From a virus (taxonomy: Duplodnaviria; Caudoviricetes): a stretch of 64,000 nt of DNA. Positions 59,344 to 64,000 of the stretch are shown in pieces (within the stretch, counting starts at the first letter, position 1; each line of letters opens with the position of its first letter). The stretch lies in IMG/VR virus record IMGVR_UViG_3300032227_001336, positions 10,130 through 74,129 of that record, one strand, 5' to 3'. The notes below the pieces were generated by a model. That model was not told the origin of the DNA. It did not search any database and saw only the letters and a program-made list of their open reading frames with translations. The position numbers and the translations under genes are program-made.

Positions 59344-60240
59344 ATGGCAACTGGAAAATCTCATACTTTTAATGGCAGAACTGTAGATGGAAGCTCAATA
59401 TATAGAATACCAGAAAATCTAATAGTTCCTTATCAATTTACAGAATTACCAGTTGGTTATCAAGGAGAAGTGAGATGGACTGAAGACCCACCTATTGGTT
59501 GGGGTCAATATGGCCCTTATTATAATTTATTTAATAAAGCTTATTTAAGAAGAGATGGATCTTTAGAGACTATTCCAAATGGTGGTGGAAATGTTCATTC
59601 AATGAAAACTTTTGGTCTTGGGACTAGTGTCGGAAATCTTCCTATAGATAATTTAGTAAATTTTATAATGGAAGAAGGTTGGTCTGTGCCAAGAATAAGC
59701 TATTCTATAGGGATTCCAGAAAATAAAACTTATGTTAATTTTGGATGTTTTTATAAAGTTCCAGCTAACGATAGATTAAGAGGTGGAAATTTTGGCGCTA
59801 TTTATTTACATTTTAATGTTCCTGGCGACAACGGACGAAATTCTAGTTATTTTAATTTTTATATTATTGGTGGAGAAGATATAACAGATACTTTTCCTGG
59901 TAATATTTTTCCTAATTATTTATATTTAAATGATTATGGAGTATCTCCATTTGCAAAGCAGGCTAAATATCAATGGATTGGACAAGATGTTATAAAACTT
60001 AGGCAACTTGGGTTAGTAAATCAAAGCTCTGCTACAGATGATTGGCAATTTTTAAATTTCAAAGTTGAGATACCAACATTTTCCACAACTGATCCAAATG
60101 GTAATGATTATTATAATGGAAGACCTATAAGTTGTACTATGGCGCTTTGTTTTGGTGAAAATAATGCTTATCTTGATGATGGTTCTGGAATTAATAGTGG
60201 TTCAATTATATTCTATTATCCATTTTTATATTTTAGTTAG
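59344..60240 (+). CDS. Hypothetical protein, paralog of 60257-61144
   Basis: Shares WGQYGPYYNLF..YLRRDGSLETIPNGGGNVHS and CFGENN.YLDDGS. Confidence 0.85.
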   Translation: MATGKSHTFNGRTVDGSSIYRIPENLIVPYQFTELPVGYQGEVRWTEDPPIGWGQYGPYYNLFNKAYLRRDGSLETIPNGGGNVHSMKTFGLGTSVGNLPIDNLVNFIMEEGWSVPRISYSIGIPENKTYVNFGCFYKVPANDRLRGGNFGAIYLHFNVPGDNGRNSSYFNFYIIGGEDITDTFPGNIFPNYLYLNDYGVSPFAKQAKYQWIGQDVIKLRQLGLVNQSSATDDWQFLNFKVEIPTFSTTDPNGNDYYNGRPISCTMALCFGENNAYLDDGSGINSGSIIFYYPFLYFS

Positions 60241-60256
60241 AGTGTAATTTATTGAT

Positions 60257-61144
60257 ATGCCATCTGGAAAAAAACATACATTATTAGGAAGAACTGTAGA
60301 TGGGCAACAAATATATACAGTTCAAAATAATTTAATAACCCCTTATCAATTTACAGCGTTGCCTATTGGTGACCAAGGAGAAACAAAATGGACTGAGCGT
60401 GCTCCTATTGATTGGGGCCAATATGGACCTTATTATAATTTATTTTTAAAGTATTATTTAAGAAGAGATGGATCTTTAGAAACTATTCCAAATGGAGGAG
60501 GAAATGTACACTCTGTAAAATGTGCATCTTTTGGGAGTGCTTTAGGATTATCTAAAGGAACAATAGTTACGACTAATACCATTGCAAATCAAGATGTTGA
60601 CATAGGAAACTGGTCTGTTTCAAACATACAATATCAAGTAGATATTCCTGTCGATAAAAATTATGTTAAATTTGGAGTGTTCTATAAAGTAAATAGCTCT
60701 GATCCATTAAGAAATCTTAATTTTGCTGGAATTTATATAAAATTTAGTATAGATGGAATAGCAAGTTATGTTAATTATGCTACTATTCATGGTGGTGGTG
60801 TTAATTTATTGGGAAATAGTTCTAATTATACTTATATTAATTCTTATGGTCTTGATCCTTATAATGCTAGAAAACAATGGATTGGTAGACCAATAATAAA
60901 ATTTAAAAAATTAGCAGAAATAAATCAAAGTTCTGTATTTGATACTTGGCAGTATTTAGAATACATCGTGCCAGTTCCAACATTTTCAACTACTCCACCA
61001 GAAACAACAGATGGAGCAGATGGAAAAGCTACTAGTTGTATGTTTCATATTTGTTTTGGTGAAAATAATTATTATCTTGATGATGGATCTCAAATTAACA
61101 CTGGTTCGGTCTTGTTCTATTATCCATTTCTTAATCTTATATAG
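60257..61144 (+). CDS. Hypothetical protein, paralog of 59344-60240
   Basis: Same motifs as 59344-60240; own GTGTAA 9 nt upstream. Confidence 0.85.
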   Translation: MPSGKKHTLLGRTVDGQQIYTVQNNLITPYQFTALPIGDQGETKWTERAPIDWGQYGPYYNLFLKYYLRRDGSLETIPNGGGNVHSVKCASFGSALGLSKGTIVTTNTIANQDVDIGNWSVSNIQYQVDIPVDKNYVKFGVFYKVNSSDPLRNLNFAGIYIKFSIDGIASYVNYATIHGGGVNLLGNSSNYTYINSYGLDPYNARKQWIGRPIIKFKKLAEINQSSVFDTWQYLEYIVPVPTFSTTPPETTDGADGKATSCMFHICFGENNYYLDDGSQINTGSVLFYYPFLNLI

Positions 61145-61495
61145 AAAAAGACTTATAAACAAAAATAGCCCCGCGGATTTTTTTACTTTCAAGTATATTC
61201 ATTTCTATTGATCTCTTATAGATTTAGAAAAAGGGGTAGGGGTATATATACAATATAACATAAGATAAAGTATAAGCTATTTATTGTATTTAAATTAGGT
61301 ATAAATAAGTAACATATTAAAATAATGTGGAGATTGAAGATAGCCCCCTCCTCTCTCTTTTGAGTTTTAGAGCGAAGTAATTTTTTCAAAAATGGGGTAG
61401 CCCATAGGCGAACTCAAACCTAGAAACACAGGCTAGGGATCTCTATAAAAAATAAAAAACACAGAAAAAATGGGGTGGGGGTTTAGCGCTTTCTC

Positions 61496-61520
61496 TAAGT
61501 CGTTGACTATCAATGAAATT
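61496..61520. repeat. Imperfect palindrome TAAGTCGTTGA-N3-TCAACGACTTA family, copy 1
   Basis: TAAGTCGTTGA-CTA-TCAATGAAATT. Confidence 0.75.
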
Positions 61521-61536
61521 TAACTGAAGAAATATC

Positions 61537-61564
61537 TTGTGATAATCCTATTCTGTGATAGATT
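61537..61564 (+). promoter_or_regulatory. Early sigma70-type promoter, probably leaderless
   Basis: TTGTGA-16 nt-TAGATT with TG extension; ATG 6 nt after the -10 box. Confidence 0.65.
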
Positions 61565-61570
61565 ACCTAT

Positions 61571-61720
61571 ATGAAGAAATTAAGCAAATACGAACAACTG
61601 ATCGCAAACCTCAACAAGGCTAGCCAAGACCTTAAGGATGCCTCTACCAAGGCCATCGCAACTCTTGATGCTCACGCTAACAAGGTGGAAGCTATCCATC
61701 AGGAAGCGATGACCAAATGA
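61571..61720 (+). CDS. Small coiled-coil early protein, paralog of 62762-62950 (not in ORF track)
   Basis: MKKLSKYEQLIANLNKASQDLKDASTKAIATLDAHANKVEAIHQEAMTK. Confidence 0.75.
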   Translation: MKKLSKYEQLIANLNKASQDLKDASTKAIATLDAHANKVEAIHQEAMTK

Positions 61721-61800
61721 ATATCGATACCCTCATCTTTACCCTTACCATCGGAAGCATCCTCGTCGGCATCTATGGTATGGCAACAGCCAAAAAATAA
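61717..61800 (+). CDS. 27-aa single-TM peptide (not in ORF track)
   Basis: MNIDTLIFTLTIGSILVGIYGMATAKK; ATGA overlap with the previous stop. Confidence 0.6.
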   Translation: MNIDTLIFTLTIGSILVGIYGMATAKK

Positions 61801-61803
61801 TAG

Positions 61804-61832
61804 TTGACGAAACACTAACCAAAAGGCAATAT
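61804..61832 (+). promoter_or_regulatory. Early sigma70-type promoter
   Basis: TTGACG-17 nt-CAATAT; ATG 7 nt downstream. Confidence 0.55.
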
Positions 61833-61839
61833 ACAACCT

Positions 61840-62259
61840 ATGAAACAAAACCTCAAAATCAGTTATCAAACATTCGGCGAAAACAATGCTTATCTTCTCG
61901 AAGGAAGCATCAAACAGATCAATCACTTCTTCAATTCAATCTATAATTGGGGAGGAACTAACGGCAAGTTGCACGATATGGGCAACGGCAAAGCATTCTA
62001 CTTCTACGCTCACCCCGAAGATGTGAAGAAAGCTCTTGTTAAGGTTGCTCTTCACGCATTCGTCAACAAGATCAACGCCAAGGGTCGCAAGGGTGGACTA
62101 CTTGACCTTGCAACAGACAAAGCACAGAGCATCATTGACGATATGGTGCAGACTTGCTTTCTTTGGGGTGCGACTAGCTCCGAAGGATATAGCCTCGGCA
62201 CGATCAGTGCAGAGAAACCCTCTGATTACTGTGGTGCAGTTAGCAACGGAAGGGACTAA
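61840..62259 (+). CDS. Hypothetical early protein
   Basis: 139-aa ORF directly after the promoter. Confidence 0.8.
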   Translation: MKQNLKISYQTFGENNAYLLEGSIKQINHFFNSIYNWGGTNGKLHDMGNGKAFYFYAHPEDVKKALVKVALHAFVNKINAKGRKGGLLDLATDKAQSIIDDMVQTCFLWGATSSEGYSLGTISAEKPSDYCGAVSNGRD

Positions 62260-62263
62260 TAGT

Positions 62264-62641
62264 ATGACAGCAGAACTATTCATCGTAGCACTTACAATAC
62301 TAGGCGAAGCTAGGGGCGAAGGTATGGAAGGTATGGCTGGCGTAGCTAGCGTCATTCAAACAAGGATGATAGAGCGTAGCCAATCAGCTAGCCAAGTATG
62401 CTTATCACCAAAGCAGTTTAGTTTCTGGAATGGTGGAGTGAGTGAATCCTCTAAAAAGAAACTCCTTGCAACTCCACAAGGTAAGAACGCTCTATATCTT
62501 GCTGACCTAGTCATCCATAAACAGATGATAAGCATTGTAAAGGGTGCAAACCATTACCACGCCATCAGCGTCGCTCCTAAGTGGGCTAGGAACGCAAGGT
62601 TAGTGGCTACAATACGCAACCACAAGTTTTACAAGTTGTAA
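62264..62641 (+). CDS. SleB/CwlJ-like cell wall hydrolase (Hydrolase_2)
   Basis: TILGEARGEG..GM.GVASVI..R, QFSFWN, GANHYHA..V.PKW, I.NHKFY; start at ATG 62264. Confidence 0.88.
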   Translation: MTAELFIVALTILGEARGEGMEGMAGVASVIQTRMIERSQSASQVCLSPKQFSFWNGGVSESSKKKLLATPQGKNALYLADLVIHKQMISIVKGANHYHAISVAPKWARNARLVATIRNHKFYKL

Positions 62642-62711
62642 GTAGCTGAGTATCAACGACTTACGAAGGCAGCTTCCCTGCGTGTGTAAATCGTTGTCAA
62701 TCAACGAGATT
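62638..62711. repeat. Palindrome family, copies 2 and 3
   Basis: GTAAGTAGCTGA-GTA-TCAACGACTTAC (62638-62664) and TAAATCGTTGT-CAA-TCAACGAGATT (62687-62711). Confidence 0.8.
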
Positions 62712-62727
62712 TAAATGAAAAAATATC

Positions 62728-62755
62728 TTGCAAAAATTCTAAAATGTGATAAATT
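62728..62755 (+). promoter_or_regulatory. Early sigma70-type promoter, probably leaderless
   Basis: TTGCAA-16 nt-TAAATT with TG extension; ATG 6 nt after the -10 box. Confidence 0.7.
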
Positions 62756-62761
62756 AAGAGT

Positions 62762-62950
62762 ATGAAAAGAAAAACAAAATTAGAAATCCTCCTCGGAAAT
62801 TTAGACAAAGCTTCGGCTGACCTCAAAAAAGCTGTGGAAGAATCTCAGAAAAGACTCGATGAAAGTTTCTCGAAATATGAACACAAAGTTGAAGTTGCTC
62901 ATCATAACTCAATGACAATCAACGAAAAACAAATTGAAGAAATAATTTGA
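62762..62950 (+). CDS. Small coiled-coil early protein
   Basis: 62 aa; NLDKASADLK and HKVEVAH match 61571-61720. Confidence 0.8.
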   Translation: MKRKTKLEILLGNLDKASADLKKAVEESQKRLDESFSKYEHKVEVAHHNSMTINEKQIEEII

Positions 62951-62974
62951 CTTTTGAGGATTTTCTGGTAAACT
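62947..62974 (+). promoter_or_regulatory. Early sigma70-type promoter
   Basis: TTGACT-16 nt-TAAACT, followed by an A-rich leader. Confidence 0.7.
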
Positions 62975-63023
62975 ATATACATAACAATAAAAGATAACAA
63001 ATAACAAAGAAAGAAAAAATAAA

Positions 63024-63296
63024 ATGACTCATAGAATGATAAACTGGAATTTTCAACGAAAACAAATGCGTGAAAATATGCGAAAAAATATGGATACTAC
63101 TGAATCCATAATCACTAACTCTAACAATACACCAACTTACTTTGGTGAAATTTACCTTTACGAAGGAACTCTAGTAAAAGTTTCTTATAAAACTTCTGCT
63201 AATAGTGCAGTTGTAACCTTCCTCGAAGGTAAAGATAAAGATAAGGTTGGAACAATCAACCTCAACAATGCTAAACTAGTAAAGGAAAATAAATAA
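63024..63296 (+). CDS. Hypothetical early protein (small beta domain)
   Basis: 90 aa; FLEGKDKDK resembles ILEGEDKGK of the next gene. Confidence 0.7.
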   Translation: MTHRMINWNFQRKQMRENMRKNMDTTESIITNSNNTPTYFGEIYLYEGTLVKVSYKTSANSAVVTFLEGKDKDKVGTINLNNAKLVKENK

Positions 63297-63515
63297 ATGA
63301 TAACAATAAATAAAGAACTAACTACAGATGAAAATACTTTTCGATATGGTCACGAAAGACTACTCGTAAAGGTTTTCCCTTCTACAATCGGTTGGAAAAC
63401 TATGACTGCAACTGCTGAAATCCTCGAAGGTGAGGATAAAGGTAAGTGGACAACCATTTACCTTCGTAGCGGATTGTATAATGTCGATACAGATTCTCTT
63501 GTCTGGTATCGCTAA
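63297..63515 (+). CDS. Hypothetical early protein (small beta domain)
   Basis: 72 aa, abutting the previous stop. Confidence 0.75.
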   Translation: MITINKELTTDENTFRYGHERLLVKVFPSTIGWKTMTATAEILEGEDKGKWTTIYLRSGLYNVDTDSLVWYR

Positions 63516-63543
63516 ATCGTTAATAATCAAAGAGAAAAAAAGT

Positions 63544-63571
63544 TTGACAAAATAGGAAAGTGTGATAGATT
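63544..63571 (+). promoter_or_regulatory. Early sigma70-type promoter, probably leaderless
   Basis: TTGACA-16 nt-TAGATT with TG extension; ATG 6 nt after the -10 box. Confidence 0.8.
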
Positions 63572-63577
63572 AAAGAT

Positions 63578-64000
63578 ATGAAAAGAAATAAAGAACAAAT
63601 GAAACAATTCAGAGAAGAAATGCAAAATCGCAGAGCTGAAAATGCTCGCAAAGAAAACGAAGCACTTGAGGCTTTCCGTTCACTTAACATCAAAGCAGGA
63701 GACTTTATACAAGTTTCTTACAAATCGTTTTGGAGAATCGGTGGTGAAACTACTGAAACCGAAATCTGGTATGCTGATGCTACCGAACATAGCCATTATC
63801 CAAACTTACCTTTCTTAAAGAATCTAATGCTTTGGACTCTTTCGGGTGGATACGAACTTTTGACAAGCGTTGGAGAATACTTCGACATCAAAAAAGTTGA
63901 ATCAACTGAAGAACTTTTAGAAAAAGTAAAATCAACTAAAAGAATCTCTGCTGGAATCTCTGAAGCATATAATAGCGGTGGACAATACAAAGGAGACTAA
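63578..64000 (+). CDS. Hypothetical early protein
   Basis: 140 aa ending in TAA at the window edge. Confidence 0.8.
   Translation: MKRNKEQMKQFREEMQNRRAENARKENEALEAFRSLNIKAGDFIQVSYKSFWRIGGETTETEIWYADATEHSHYPNLPFLKNLMLWTLSGGYELLTSVGEYFDIKKVESTEELLEKVKSTKRISAGISEAYNSGGQYKGD

Noticed and set aside
61145-61495. tRNA or structured ncRNA in the intergenic gap
   Set aside because: No cloverleaf, T-loop (GTTCGA) or long stem recognisable by eye
62036-62263. N-terminal extension of the hydrolase ORF in the track (201 aa)
   Set aside because: It overlaps 61840-62259 out of frame; the recognisable domain starts at ATG 62264
61496-63537. CRISPR array or att site from the repeated palindromes
   Set aside because: Copies are degenerate, irregularly spaced and separated by genes; no cas or integrase gene is present
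1-64000. Stop-codon reassignment (alternative genetic code)
   Set aside because: Standard code gives dense, full-length genes for terminase, portal, capsid and TMP; TAG and TGA act as real stops

Overview
This window is a 64-kb, AT-rich segment of a large tailed dsDNA phage genome, probably a siphovirus with a Gram-negative host. It uses the standard genetic code, and I see no RNA genes, CRISPR array, integrase or transposase. Minus strand, 81-41971: a virion block with tape measure, tail chaperones, tail tube, neck/adaptors, several fibre/adhesin proteins, a GT9 glycosyltransferase, capsid, decoration protein, prohead protease, lysis genes and a second tail-tube paralog. Plus strand, 42045-48956: a divergent module with a sigma-like factor, ERCC4 nuclease, terminase and portal. 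Minus strand, 48976-59300: PhoH and a 10-gene modular array of short 'MRTF' proteins and Gly-rich beta-helix proteins. A plus-strand paralog pair follows, then a non-coding G/C-tract gap and an early region of small genes. The strongest unannotated signal is regulatory. The hexamer GTGTAA lies upstream of about 27 late start codons, mostly 6-12 nt before an SD-less ATG and six times as the Val-stop of the previous gene. Separately, early sigma70-type promoters have 16-nt spacers, appear leaderless, and are preceded by a phased palindrome. All product calls come from recognising motifs by eye; no database search was run.
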